Origin: Eledone cirrhosa
Lineage: Eukaryota
Reading direction: 5' to 3'
Length of the DNA: 64,000 nucleotides
NCBI GenBank assembly: GCA_964016885.1
Contig: OZ024749.1
Location: 32,736,001 to 32,800,000 of the forward strand
The notes below the pieces were generated by a model, which saw only the letters and a list, made by a program, of their open reading frames with translations, searched no databases and had not been told where the DNA came from. Shown here one piece after another: positions 40,692 to 53,881 of this stretch. The position numbers and the translations under genes were made by a program. Numbering within the stretch: position 1 is the first letter of the stretch; each line of letters begins with the position of its first letter.

Positions 40692-41239
40692 ATTCGATCT
40701 TATTGTTTATTAATATCGCTTGTAATTTTAGTTGAATAGGAAGCGAAATACGACTGCAACGGTTAAACGATGAGAATATTTCGTTGACTTGAAGATAAGG
40801 TTTCAAATTATGAAATGATTCAGTTATTTCATTTTGATTTTCTTAATAATGGTAATGTTCTTTCAGGGTAGTGGGCTGGTGAAGTAGCTGGGTGGTGGGG
40901 GTCTCGGGGTGGTTTGGCTGGTGGGATGACGGGGTGCTAGGGTGGCGGGGTGATGGGCTGTCTGGCGGAGTGGTGAGGTGGTGAGGCGGTGCACTGATAG
41001 GATGGGCGGACTGGCGAGGTGGTAGGTTGGCGGAGTGGTGAGGTGGTGGGCTGGTAGGATGGTGGGCTCGCGGGGTGGTAAGGTGGTGGACTGGTGGGCT
41101 GGTAAGATGGTGGGTTGATGGAGTGGTGGGGTCGCGAGGTGGCGAGCCGGTAGGCTGGCTATCTGGTGGAGTGGGAGTGTGGCGTGCTGGTGGGAGTGGC
41201 GGGCTGGTGTGCCTAAACTAGAAATCATTATATATTAAG

Positions 41240-41374
41240 CATAGTTACGTCCCTTTACGATCTGAGTTCAAATCCCGCCGAGGTTGACTTTGCCTTTCAT
41301 CCTTACGGGGTCGATAAAATAAAGTACCAGTAATGCACTGGGTAATTGCCGGCCTTGTGCCTAAAGTAGAAACA
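41240..41374 (+). mobile_element. 5'-truncated SINE with 13-bp TSD
   Basis: attatatattaag at 41227-41239 and 41375-41387. Confidence 0.88.
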
Positions 41375-41859
41375 ATTATATATTAAGATTATGAAGACCT
41401 GTGAAGAGTTAATCTCCAAAACTGTTCTTGTATCTCTTCAAATGAAACCAGCAGCACCTACACCACCACTTTACAGTGGGAGAGGGACATGTGGGGGTAT
41501 ACTGTATATATGCTTCAGCTTCGGCCTGTACCCGTAGGAAGTCGGGTCTTTTGTACTTAGATAAAATAAAAAGTATTTGCATTCTATAAAATAATATTTT
41601 TTTTAAATTCTTTTACTGATTTCAGTCATCTGACAGACGCCATGTTGGAGCGCCAGGCTGAAGGAATTTAGTCGGTCATATCGGTCCCAGTACTTACATT
41701 TTATAAATCTGGTTATCATCTTACAGCACGTGAACAAACGCAGCCACAGGCATTCACACATACACAGAACAGGCTTCCACGCAGTTTCCGTCTACTAAAT
41801 TTCACTGAAAAAGGCATTGATCAACCCAAAGCTATGGCAGAAAACACTTGTCCGAGGTA

Positions 41860-42056
41860 CAGACCTGCCAACGTCCAAAACCCCGAACGGGGAGTACCAT
41901 GAATAAAGGTGCCCCAAAACGGGGAGAAATGGGGCAAAATGGAGGAGATTTTACATAATAAAAGTTGTACCCATTTTCACAAGAGAAGATAATCTCTCAT
42001 CCATCCCAAAGTGGATGGGAGATCTGCCCGTCAGACGGAGGGAGTTGACAGGTCTG
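41860..42056. mobile_element. MITE (same family as 10394-10590) nested in a SINE
   Basis: cagacctgccaac ... gttgacaggtctg; flanks gaggta/gagtta. Confidence 0.8.
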
Positions 42057-42175
42057 GAGTTACCACGCAGTGGGACTAAAGTCGAAACTACGTAGCTGCA
42101 ATTGTGAACTTCTTAACCACGATACATCTGTACCTGCGTGCGCGCGTGCGCGCGCGTGTGTGTGTGTGTGTGCGT

Positions 42176-42208
<33 letters not shown>

Positions 42209-42345
42209 ATATTTGTCTGTCTATTAATTTGGTCAGTAACAGATATTTGAATGCCAAAGCTTTCTTTTGAAACACGCATAATTCATTTAAGTAACATATT
42301 GATCAAATTATTGATCTTCTTTATCATTTAATACGCTAATTCCAG

Positions 42346-42560
42346 TATTGCACCGGTCATCGCCGAGACCTCAGGCGCACTTGGACCCATACTGTCGAAC
42401 TCCTCCCGCAAGATCGGAACATCGGCGGCCCTTCATAGGAAGGAGCGCAGCGAGGTCGGGTGGCTGTTACAGCGGGTATCGCTGGCCATTGTTCGCGGGA
42501 ATGCTTTTACAGTCTTGTCCGCGAGGGACAACCCCACTACCGCTAAGCCCTAGGCCCTGA
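42346..42560 (+). mobile_element. 3' fragment of a restriction-like-endonuclease (CRE-type) non-LTR retrotransposon
   Basis: Translates to IAPVIAETSGALGP...WLLQRVSLAIVRGNAFTVL, matching the PxxxETxG...LxQRxSxAxxRGNA C-terminal motif; a GC-rich island in AT-rich DNA. Confidence 0.75.
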
Positions 42561-42797
42561 GCCCAATCACCCTCCTCATTCTTCTTGCCATTCCGGGGTT
42601 TTTTTCTTTATATTTTCCTATTTTACATACCATTTTTCTTCTTAATCTAAATTTTCTTTGTTTCTTTTTCTATTAAACTGTATTTACATGATATATTCCA
42701 TAACTAAATAATCGATCGTTTATTGATAAGAAAACTTTAAAACTATAACAACGCATTTAACTTTTTTTAAAAATAGTATTTTGAATATATATATATA

Positions 42798-42956
<159 letters not shown>

Positions 42957-43044
42957 ATATATATACATATTATATATATATATATAATGTATATATATAA
43001 TGTATATATATACATATATATATACATAATATATATATATACAC

Positions 43045-43142
<98 letters not shown>

Positions 43143-43147
43143 CATGT

Positions 43148-43178
<31 letters not shown>

Positions 43179-43183
43179 CACCC

Positions 43184-43214
<31 letters not shown>

Positions 43215-43301
43215 TATACACACATACATATACATACATACATATATATACACATATATATATATACGTATATATATATATACATATATACATATACATA
43301 C

Positions 43302-43375
<74 letters not shown>

Positions 43376-44219
43376 GTGTGTATGTGTATGTGCACGTGTG
43401 TATGTGTGTGAATGTGTGTGTGCGTGTGCATTAAAAAAAAAACTCAAATTTTCTCTATGGGAGCCTCTTTTGTCACTTTTCTGAAACTACCATTTATATT
43501 TTAGTAAACTTGAATGTCAGGGACATTAGAAATTTTATTATGCTGTTTTATTATTGTACTAGTTTTTTTTATTCTTGCCTTGCAATCAGATAGAGTTTCA
43601 GTGAAGCAAATTAGGGGTGTTTTTATGGATCTTCGTAAACTGCAAATAAACTAAATAAAGACAACCCCTTCTCTCCTGTTTCAAGGACTGCAATTAGATG
43701 AGGTCGGAACTGCTTGATTAAACTTGAGTTTATTATGATCGTCGGGGGATTAATTCAAGGTTAAATGTGGGATGATTTTGGCAACACTAGTAAGCCTTTA
43801 TACTAGAACTGTCGTTCTATTATCATAGCTAGCTTGATCGCTAGAACCGGTCCCAACCGACGGAAACCGACGGAGAGCGACGGAAGAGAAGAAAGAGCTG
43901 CAAAAGGGGTGTTTACCCGAAAGTTCGCTGGCAGACAGCTGTGATAAAACTGCCTAATAATATCCCACCCACTTTTGCTACCTAACCACCTCCTCATCTA
44001 TCCACTTACCTACCCGTTTTCCTACCTAGCCACTTATCACCTCATATACATCTCTATAAACTCATCTTCCCCCTAACATACTCAGCAACCACCCTACCTT
44101 CAAATATATCTATTTATCCTATCTGTCACATAATTCCGTTTGGGGCTGTAGTTATTGTTTGTTTGGGGCTCTTGTTTGTTGGGTTTTTTTGCCTTCATTT
44201 TTATTTCTACTGACTTATA

Positions 44220-44352
44220 GGCAGCGTATTAGCAGAGTTGTTAGAACGTCCGATAAAATGCATTGCGGTGTTCTCTCTAGTTTTTTGTGCGTCTGAGTTC
44301 AAATCCCGCCGAGGTCAACCTTTCCTTTCATCCTTTCGGGATTGACTCTCTC

Positions 44353-44429
<77 letters not shown>

Positions 44430-45003
44430 CGTACATACATACATTTATAATATTAGCACAAGGTCATCAATTTGATGGAAGGGGCAAGTCGATTATATCG
44501 ACTTCAATACTTAAATGGTATTTCATTTTATCGACCCCAGGCCGTAAAGAACCGACATACCATCATACTCTTGATAAGATTTCCAATTTCGACACAAGAC
44601 CAGCAATTTGAGGGGGGGGGGGGGGTAATAAATCGATTCAATCGAACCAGTATTTCACTAGTACTTTTTATTTTATCGACCTCGGAAGGACGAAAAGCAA
44701 AATTGACCTCACCGGGGTTTGAACGAAAATGTAAAGAGCGGGAGCAAATACTGCTAAGCATTTGTGGGACGCTCTAACGACTCTTAATATAATTGATTCT
44801 ACTTTTTGCACAAGGCCAGCAATTTGAAGGGGAGGGGAAAGTCGATAAAATCAACCCCAGTGTATTACTGGTGCTATATTTTATCGACCCCGTAAGAATG
44901 AAAGACAAAGCTAACCTCAGCGGGATTTAGACTCAGAATGTAAAGGGCCGTAACTCTATGCCGCGAAGCATGTTGACCGACGCTCTACTGGTAATCCAGC
45001 GCC
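44220..45003. mobile_element. Cluster of SINE copies (one +, three -) with (CT)n
   Basis: Repeated core motifs ttttatcgacccc / gagttcaaatcccgccgaggtcaac. Confidence 0.8.
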
Positions 45004-45259
45004 CTTAAATATAATATGTGTGTATGTGTGTGTGTATGTGTGTGTTAGTTTTTAGTTCAACTCCCTTTCTTTCCCTCTCACCTATCTCCTCCCTAATAAT
45101 TGTCTTATTAGTTTAATAGGTGAACTATCACACCACTAAGTAGTTACTATCTCTGGCTGACATCAACCTAAAGACTACAATAGCAGCAGATCTTACCAAG
45201 CGTGAAATTCACTGATAATGCCGCCTCTCCCGATTATATATATATATCTTTTATAGGGA

Positions 45260-45810
45260 GGCTGTTTGGGGGGAGGGAGGGGGTAGGGGTGGTGGGAGAG
45301 GGGGTGAGGGTGGTGGTGGCGGTGGTAGTGCTGCTGGTGCTGGTGCTGCTGCTGCTGCTGCTGCTGAGGTTTGTGGTGGTGGTGGTGGTGGTGGTGGTGG
45401 TGGTGGTGGTGGTGAGGGTGGTGGTGGTGGTGGTGGTGGTGGTGGTGGTGGTGGTGAGGGTGGTGGTGGGTTGGTGGGGTTGAGGGGTGGCGGTGAGGGT
45501 GGTGGTGGGTTGGTGGGGTTGAGGGGTGGGTGGGTGGTGGGTTGGGGTGTATGTGGCGGTGGTGGTGGGGGGTTGGGGTGGATGTGGTGGTGGTGGTGGT
45601 GGTGGCGTGAGGGTGAGAATGAGGAGATGGGGTGGGGGTAGGTATGTGGGTGTTGTTGGGGGGGTGCATGTGGTGGTGGTGGTGGTGGTGGTGGTGCATG
45701 TGGTGGTTGTGCATGTGGTGGTGGTAGTGATGGTGTTGGTACATGTGGTGGTGGTGGTGGTGGTAATGGTGATGGTGATGGTAATGGGGGGGGGGGGGCG
45801 GAGGGGTAAG
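45260..45810. repeat. (GGT)n-rich low-complexity tract (a similar degenerate tract lies at 40865-41210)
   Basis: Direct inspection. Confidence 0.9.
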
Positions 45811-46374
45811 TTTGAAGACAACTGATTTTATTTTATTTTCCTCTAAACTACATATAGACAGCTTCTCATACAACAACGACGACAACAACAACAGCTACAA
45901 AAAAAAGTGAGCTTTCGTATAAAATAACAAAAATAAATCAAATGGGGTGATGTCTTTGTAACCGTCCCACCGTCGTACTCTCCTACTGTCAGGGCCGGAT
46001 TTAATGAGGAGCAAATGGGGCAACTGCCCCGGGCCCCCAGTAGCAGGGGGGCACCAGCAACGACCGTAACAGTTTATTTGTGCCCTATGCTGAGATTTTT
46101 ATTTTTATCCCTTTGACAACGAAAACTATATTTTTAACAAAAAGTGTTTAATGGCATAACTGTGGTAAAATTCATCAAATTTTCTCAACTTTAGAGACAT
46201 CAGATTCTTATCAGAACAATATTCTAATAAAAAGTTTGACATGATCAAAGTCAGATCTATGAATGTTTGTTATACATAAACATATTCTTTATGCTTCTAT
46301 ATACGCTTCTATTTTTAGAATTATGTACACTTCCATGTTAGATTTATGTATAACTCATCAGAATATTTACAGTG

Positions 46375-46690
46375 GTTTTGCTGGATGTGCAATATTAGTA
46401 TATATGAATGACAGAGTGCAAGCGAGTTGAGAGAAAATTTTAGTTGAATATACTGTGTAGCAGTAATGATTGCGCTTATATGGAGATGTGAAACAAAGGA
46501 GAGTGAGAGTTGTATAAAAAAAAGTGTCAAACACTTGAAGTGGAAGATCAAGGAAAACATGGGAAGAAGTTGTAAAAAGGACATCAAGAAACTAAACTTG
46601 ACAAATGAGACGATACAGGACAGAGCTGATTGATGATATGCCATAATTCAAAAGACATGCCCACCTGTACAAGCCATGGGACGTAAAAGT
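46375..46690 (+). mobile_element. Old RTE 3' fragment
   Basis: ctggatgtgcaat (WMC)...ggaagatcaaggaaaacatgggaagaagttgta (GR.RKTWEEVV)...gacgtaaaa, similar to 1520-1865. Confidence 0.7.
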
Positions 46691-46740
46691 GTGGTGAGAG
46701 ATCAGAGGTTACAGTGTTTGACAATCAAATGGAGACAATA

Positions 46741-46959
46741 CAGCATTTAAACGGACCATATCCAGCCAGAATTCTCTCACCCCCTTTCTGTTCAAACTGG
46801 CTGCAACCCACCCGTCATGCCAACATGTAGGTATTGTTCTCAAAATAAATAATATCAAAATTTCATAGATTCAATATTATGAGATAATTATGTAAGATAA
46901 AGCCTTTGCCACAAAAATACAATAGTATATATAGAGTAATGTAAATGCTAAAGGGTTAA
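46741..46959. mobile_element. piggyBac-like MITE (copy 3, left TIR eroded)
   Basis: Homologous to 2910-3136. Confidence 0.8.
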
Positions 46960-47123
46960 GGGAACACTTTAGTTTGGCTGAGCATGTGATGACCTCTTTA
47001 GTACTAGTGCCACAATAAAATGCACTCAGTACATCCTGTAAATTGCTAGTGTTGGTACCTTGATAGAATATACCTAGTCCACAGTATTACTCCTTGGGGT
47101 TGACAATCTGTTTGTGTTGACAT

Positions 47124-47340
47124 TTAACCCTTTAACATTAAAACTGGTCATATCCAACCAGAATTCTCTCATCTCATTCTATTCACCAACCGCTCATACT
47201 GATGTTAAGGTATTGTTCACAAAATAAACAATATCAAAATTTCATAGATTCGATATTATGTGATATAATTATGTGAAGTAAAGCCTTTACTACAAAAATA
47301 CAATAGTAAATGTAGTGTGATGTAAATGCTAAAGAGTTAA
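47124..47340. mobile_element. piggyBac-like MITE (copy 4)
   Basis: Homologous to 2910-3136, TTAA at both ends. Confidence 0.8.
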
Positions 47341-47844
47341 ACACTTAATGAAGGACTTCTATGGCTTATCATTCACTTGCAGTTTTATATGTAATGTCGA
47401 AACTTATGTATACAAGTTAATGTTAAATTTTGGAAAAAGAGTGGAGCCTAGTCAGTGCCCATGTCACAACCTGTTCAACAAAATAAATGGTAAATGTAAA
47501 GAATGACAGTAGATTACTGCTAGATCGTATATACTGAAATATATGTAGATCCGAATATAAGTAGATCCGAATATTGTATGTCTGACAAATGGGTAAAAAT
47601 CCAAATCACATGTATAAACTGAGGCAGGTAATCAACACTGTTTAGATGGTGCGGTTTTTAAATTTTCATGAATGGTAAATATATTTATGAAGTTTTAATA
47701 TTTTGATATTTAAAATGTTTTATGTATTGTTTAAAATATAGTTTTTGTTTCAAAACTACATTACGCAATTATATTTTACAAATTTCCGACCATTTTGAAA
47801 GCTATATTCTTTCAACACACATAAAAAGACACAATACAAATTTA

Positions 47845-48522
47845 ACCTTCAAAGTGAAACTAGTGTAATATTCACCTCCAAAGTGAAACAGGTGTAACAT
47901 TCATCTCCAAAGTGAAACAGGTGTAACATTCACCTCCAAAGTGAAACAGGTGTAATATTCATCTCCAAAGTGAAACTAGTGTAATATTCACCTCAAAAGT
48001 GAAACAGGTGTAACATTCATCTCCAAAGTGAAACAGGTGTAACATTCACCTCCAAAGTGAAACAGGTGTAATATTCACCTCCAAAGTGAAACAGGTGTAA
48101 TATTCATCTCCAAAGTGAAACAGGTGTAATATTCACCTCCAACGGGAAACAGGTCAAATATTCACCCACAATGTGAAACAGGTGAAATATTCACCTGCAA
48201 AGTGAAACAGGCGTAATATTCATCTCCAAAGTGAAACAGGTGAAATATTCACCCACAATGTGAAACAGGTGAAATATTCACCTGCAAAGTGAAACAGGTG
48301 TAATATTCATCTCCAAAGTGAAACAGGTGAAATATTCACCCACAATGTGAAACAGGTGTAACATTCACCTCCAAAGTGAAACAGGTGTAACATTCACCTC
48401 CAAAGTGAAACAGGTGTAATATTCACCTCCAAAGTGAAACAGGTGAAATATTCACCCACAATGTGAAACAGGTGAAATATTCACCTGCAAAGTGAGACTT
48501 GTGTAATATTCACTTCCAAAGC
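47845..48522. repeat. 29-bp minisatellite (ccaaagtgaaacaggtgtaatattcacct), about 23 units
   Basis: aaagtg at 47851, 47880, 47909 and onward. Confidence 0.92.
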
Positions 48523-48764
48523 GAAAATATGTTGGCACCTCATTGACGTACAATTTGAAGATGGTGAAAATCAGCAAAATATTGCCATTGAAATGGTTGC
48601 AACCTAAGCTCTGACTAGGCTCTTATCCCAAAATTTAACACTAACATGTATACATAAGTTTCCATGTTACATATAAAAATACAAGTGACTGTGAAATAAT
48701 ATGACTTCTCACAAATCTTCTTTATATTAAAATCTCTACATTGTTCTCAACAAGAATATTGTGT

Positions 48765-49948
48765 GATGACAATATGACAGTGTGGTGACAATATGGTAGT
48801 GTGTGGTAATGTGACAGACTGTGGTGTCAATATGACAGACTGTGGTGACAATATGGTAGTGTGTGGTAATGTGACAGACTGTGGTGTCAATATGACAGAC
48901 TGTGGTGACAATATGGCAGTGTGTGGTAATGTGACAGACTGTGGTGTCAATATGACAGACTGTGGTGACAATATGGTAGTGTGTGGTAATGTGACAGACT
49001 GTGGTGTCAATATGACAGACTGTGGTGACAATATGACAATGTGTGGTAATGTGACAGACTGTGGTGTCAATATGACAGACTGTGGTGACAATATGACAGT
49101 GTGTGGTAATGTGACAGACTGTGGTGTCAATATGACAGACTGTGGTGACAATATGACAGTGTGTGGTAATGTGACAGACTGTGGTGTCAATATGACAGAC
49201 TGTGGTGACAATATGGTAGTGTGTGGTAATGTGACAGACTGTGGTGTCAATATGACAGTGTGGTGACAATATGACAGTGTGTGGTAATGTGACAGACTGT
49301 GGTGTCAATATGACAGACTGTGGTGACAATATGGTAGTGTGTGGTAATGTGACAGACTGTGGTGTCAATATGACAGACTGTGGTGACAATATGACAGTGT
49401 GTGGTAATGTGACAGACTGTGGTGTCAATATGACAGACTGTGGTGACAATATGACAGTGTGTGGTAATGTGACAGACTGTGGTGTCAATATGACAGACTG
49501 TGGTGACAATATGGTAGTGTGTGGTAATGTGACAGACTGTGGTGTCAATATGACAGTGTGGTGACAATATGACAGTGTGTGGTAATGTGACAGACTGTGG
49601 TGTCAATATGACAGGCTGTGGTGACAATATGGTAGTATGTGGTAATGTGACAGACTGTGGTGTCAATATGACAGACTGTGGTGACAATATGGTAGTGTGT
49701 GGTAATGTGACAGACTGTGGTGTCAATATGACAGACTGTGGTGACAATATGACAGTGTGTGGTAATGTGACAGACTGTGGTGTCAATATGACAGACTGTG
49801 GTGACAATATGACAGTGGTGGTAAAGTGACAGACTGTGGTGTCAATATGACAGACTGTGGTGACAATATGACAGTGTGTGGTAATGTGACAGACTGTGGT
49901 GTCAATATGACAGTCTGGGGTGACAATATAACAGTCTGAGGTGACAAT
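48765..49948. repeat. 60-bp higher-order minisatellite built from three approximately 20-bp subunits
   Basis: Lines 48781-49201 repeat in register at 60-bp period. Confidence 0.95.
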
Positions 49949-50131
49949 TTAATAATAATAATAATAATGAAATTATTGTGTACAGTGCTCAGGTGCACTA
50001 CAACTCACCAAAGGTGCATGTATAGTACATAGAATAATGTACAAATGTCAGGGAAGTGAACAGTGTATGAGTCATGATATACATGTGTGTGTGTATGGAG
50101 GGGGATATCAGGTGTAGTGTTGGCGAATTTC

Positions 50132-51141
50132 ATATGACAGTGTGGTGACAATATAACAGTCTGAGGTGACAATATGACAGTGTAAGGTGACAATATGACA
50201 GTGTGTGGGGACAATATGACAGTGTGGTGACAATATGACAGGGTGAGGTGACAATATGACAGTGTGGTGACAATATGACAGTGTGGTGACAATATGACAG
50301 GGTGAGGTGACAATATGACAGTGTGGTGACAATATGACAGTGTGGTGACAATATGACAGTGTGGTAACAATATGACAGTGTGATGACAATATGACAGTGT
50401 GGTGACAATATGACAGGGTGAGGTGACAATATGACAGTGTGGTGACAATATGACAGTGTGGTGACAATATGACAGTGTGGTGACAATATGACAGTGTGGT
50501 AACAATATGACAGTGTGGTGACAATATGACAGTGTGGTGACAATATGACAGTGTGGTGACAATATGACAGTGTGGTAACAATATGACAGGGTGAGGTGAC
50601 AATATGACAGTGTGGTGACAATATGACAGTGTGATGACAATATGACAGTGTGGTGACAATATGACAGTGTGGTAACAATATGACAGTGTGGTGACAATAT
50701 GACAGTGTGGTGACAATATGACAGTGTGGTGACAATATGACAGTGTGGTAACAATATGACAGTGTGGTGACAATATGACAGTGTGGTGACAATATGACAG
50801 TGTGGTGACAATATGACAGTGTGGTGACAATATGACAGTGTGGTGACAATACGACAGTGTGGTGACAATATGACAGTGTGGTGACAATATGACAGTGTGG
50901 TGACAATATGACAGTGTGGTGACAATATGACAGTCTGAGGTGACAATATGACAGTGTGAGGTGACAATATAACAGTCTGTGGTGACAATATGACAGTCTG
51001 AGGTGACAATATGACAATGTGGGGTGACAATATGACAATGTGGGGTGACGATATGACAGTCTGAGGTGACAATATGACAGTGTGGTGACAATATAAGTCT
51101 GAGGTGACAATATGACAGTGTGGTGACAATATGACAGTGTG
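50132..51141. repeat. 19/21-bp minisatellite (gacagtgtggtgacaatat)
   Basis: About 50 tandem units related to the 60-bp array subunit. Confidence 0.95.
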
Positions 51142-52473
51142 TCATTAGTACTACTACTACTGCCACCATTATCACCACTACTACTGTCACCACTATAATC
51201 ACTATTACTACTACTACTATTACTGCCGCCGCCACTATCACCACTACTACTACTACTACTACTAAAACTATTACTACTATAACTACTACTTCTGCTACTA
51301 CTACTACTGTTGCTGCTACTACTACTACTACTACTACTACTAGGACTATCTCACCAGCATCACCACAACTATTGTGATATGTCAGTCCTTATATTAACGC
51401 CTCGTTTTTGGAGGAACTATCATAGAATTACAATAAACTTTTCCCATCCTGCACAAAAGTTGTTCAAGATATTACCCCAACGACCTGCTAGAAATAGCAG
51501 CCAAATCTCTCTCAAAATATAAATTCTAAATGAAGATTTTATTGGTTAATGTAATGCAGCGTACGCTATGCCTAGAAACAGATGGAACGTTTCTTATCAT
51601 AGATGTCTTAGATCATAGTTCACGTAGGAACAAACAACAACGACGACAAAAACTGGAAATATCTTTCAAATAATGTATTTATTCACTCAAATCGTAAACA
51701 TGAAAGAAAGAAAAAAGAAAAACGAACAAATACGCCGAAATATGTTATCTAACGCTGAGAACATGATACACAATGAATAATCGAATTATGCACATATATA
51801 TACGTGTGTGTATTATATGTGTATATGTACACGAATCGAAAATGCTTATAACATATGAGTAATTGAATGACGAATGCCGGAGAAGTTGAGAGTAAAACTG
51901 GGCATTAAAAGATAAATGCGTGTGTGGAGATATTTGGTTCAAATGTAGTCAAGGGGAGATAATCAAAATAAGTCTTGTGTAGTCAACTGTCGTCTGCTGA
52001 GTAGTACTGTACTAGTTTAAAACTCCTTAAAACTAATAAAAACATATTAGCAGTAACTGTATGAATCGGAAAAACTGGAATATTAATAGTCGATGGTGAA
52101 AGACTCGATGATTTTACCATTAACCCTTGGATTAGGGGCAGAAACCCCATATAACACACCATGTCAGTGACTCTTTCGTCTTTTCCTAACTTCCGAGGTT
52201 AACAAAATAAACAACTAAAATAAAATGTTTTATAAAACCACCACAGAATTATAATTATTTTTGCCTATATAAAATTACTTAATATTATCCACAATGACAA
52301 AAATATACACTCACCAAATTTACCTGTTTTGTGACGAGTCACACTCGATTGTACTGGGAACGATTCATCATGGCACCATCCACAAACACACACACACACT
52401 CACAAGCAGGGAAAAGCGGACGTAAAATGATGATGATGATGATAATGAGGGTGATGATATATATATAGAGAGA

Positions 52474-52540
<67 letters not shown>

Positions 52541-52544
<4 letters not shown>

Positions 52545-53217
52545 AATTTTAGTACAGCATAGACGAAGCTCTAGTATACGGCCAAGCTAGCGTGCTAGCG
52601 TCTATGCTTATTCGGTTTGTAGCTTTAGCACTCATATGAGGTAAGACCCCAGAATATAACATTATGTTCAGACAGCTTAGCAAATTAGATATAGCAGTCG
52701 GCAGTCCGACCGCATCACTAGAGCAACGAAAATACAGGACCCAGGTAAAGATTTTTTACTGACCTGGACATAACGCTGAGGCTGGGTGTAAAATATACAA
52801 TCCACATGATGTTTCCACAATATTGATCACAAAATCGCACGGAGCGACAGCGCTAAGTTTCTGCAAATCCATGATCGACAAATTCCTATTGCAGGAGTCT
52901 GCAATATAATGGTTTTTGACGACAGAACATAGGATTTTCTTCTTCAGCAAGTCTTTCGTTCTTAGCCAAAGCGGGTATGCTGTGACTTTAAAGGTCGCCA
53001 CAGACACATGGTTTTGTCCGAAGGGAGGTAACCCCCGCTTAGGCGGTGTATTCTAATTTGAGATAAAGGAATGAATCCCCTTATTCAAACCGAATAAAGC
53101 ACTCGACTAGAAGTTATCAAACAAACTTAAAAAATTAATTAATCAATAGAATCATCAAATAAAATTAATCAGTTAATCGTTAATTCTAGGAGTAAATATA
53201 AATTTTAGTACAGCATA
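52541..53217. mobile_element. Unclassified 656-bp unit bounded by 21-bp direct repeats, in (TA)n
   Basis: tataaattttagtacagcata at 52541-52561 and 53197-53217. Confidence 0.5.
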
Positions 53218-53390
53218 TATATATATATACAATGATATTAAATAAATGGAAATTATTTTTATAAAATCATATTTATTCTATTATATATATTTCAAGGGTA
53301 CCAAAACTTTGGTATGCTCTCATCAGGAAACACTCGAACCGTTAAGGTATTTTTTCTTGGTTATGTCAATATTTATAAAACAAACTTTGT

Positions 53391-53449
53391 ATTTTATCTG
53401 ATGAGAGCGTACCAAAGTTTTGGTACCCTTGAAATATATATAATAGAAT
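53391..53449 (+). ncRNA. Minimal type I hammerhead (inverted second copy at 53275-53330, - strand)
   Basis: ATTTTAT-CTGATGA-GAG.GTACCAAA..TTTGGTAC.CTT-GAAA-TATATA-TA-ATAGAAT. Confidence 0.75.
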
Positions 53450-53604
53450 AAATATATATATAATAGAATAATATGGTTTTATAAATATAGTTTCCATTTA
53501 TTTAATATCATTGAATATTATACTCCAGAAATCTTTCGAGTGCTCTGAATCAGTTATAAACATTTATATTTGTTGAATTACCAACAAATTGAATATCCCT
53601 TTTG

Positions 53605-53671
<67 letters not shown>

Positions 53672-53707
53672 CATAAACACAGAGCTGGCATTTTTAAGAA
53701 CTGACTA

Positions 53708-53763
53708 ACTGCCTGATGAGGTCATAGCTATTCAATGGCTATCATCGAAATATATATAGCAGT
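53708..53763 (+). ncRNA. Minimal type I hammerhead (family of 29953)
   Basis: ACTGC-CTGATGA-GGT.ATAGC..GCTAT.ATC-GAAA-TATATA-TA-GCAGT. Confidence 0.8.
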
Positions 53764-53804
53764 AAATAAAGGATTATGAGTTCATGCAATTGACTTATGT
53801 TTCG

Positions 53805-53878
<74 letters not shown>

Positions 53879-53881
<3 letters not shown>

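Noticed and set aside
47845-48522. CRISPR-like 29-bp palindromic repeats
   Set aside because: Units are contiguous with no unique spacers, there are no cas genes, and the context is eukaryotic.
48736-51244. Repetitive ORFs (TPQSVTLPH, VCGNVTDCG, HCHIVTT)
   Set aside because: Open on both strands and in several frames, with frameshifting 19-bp units; this is satellite DNA.
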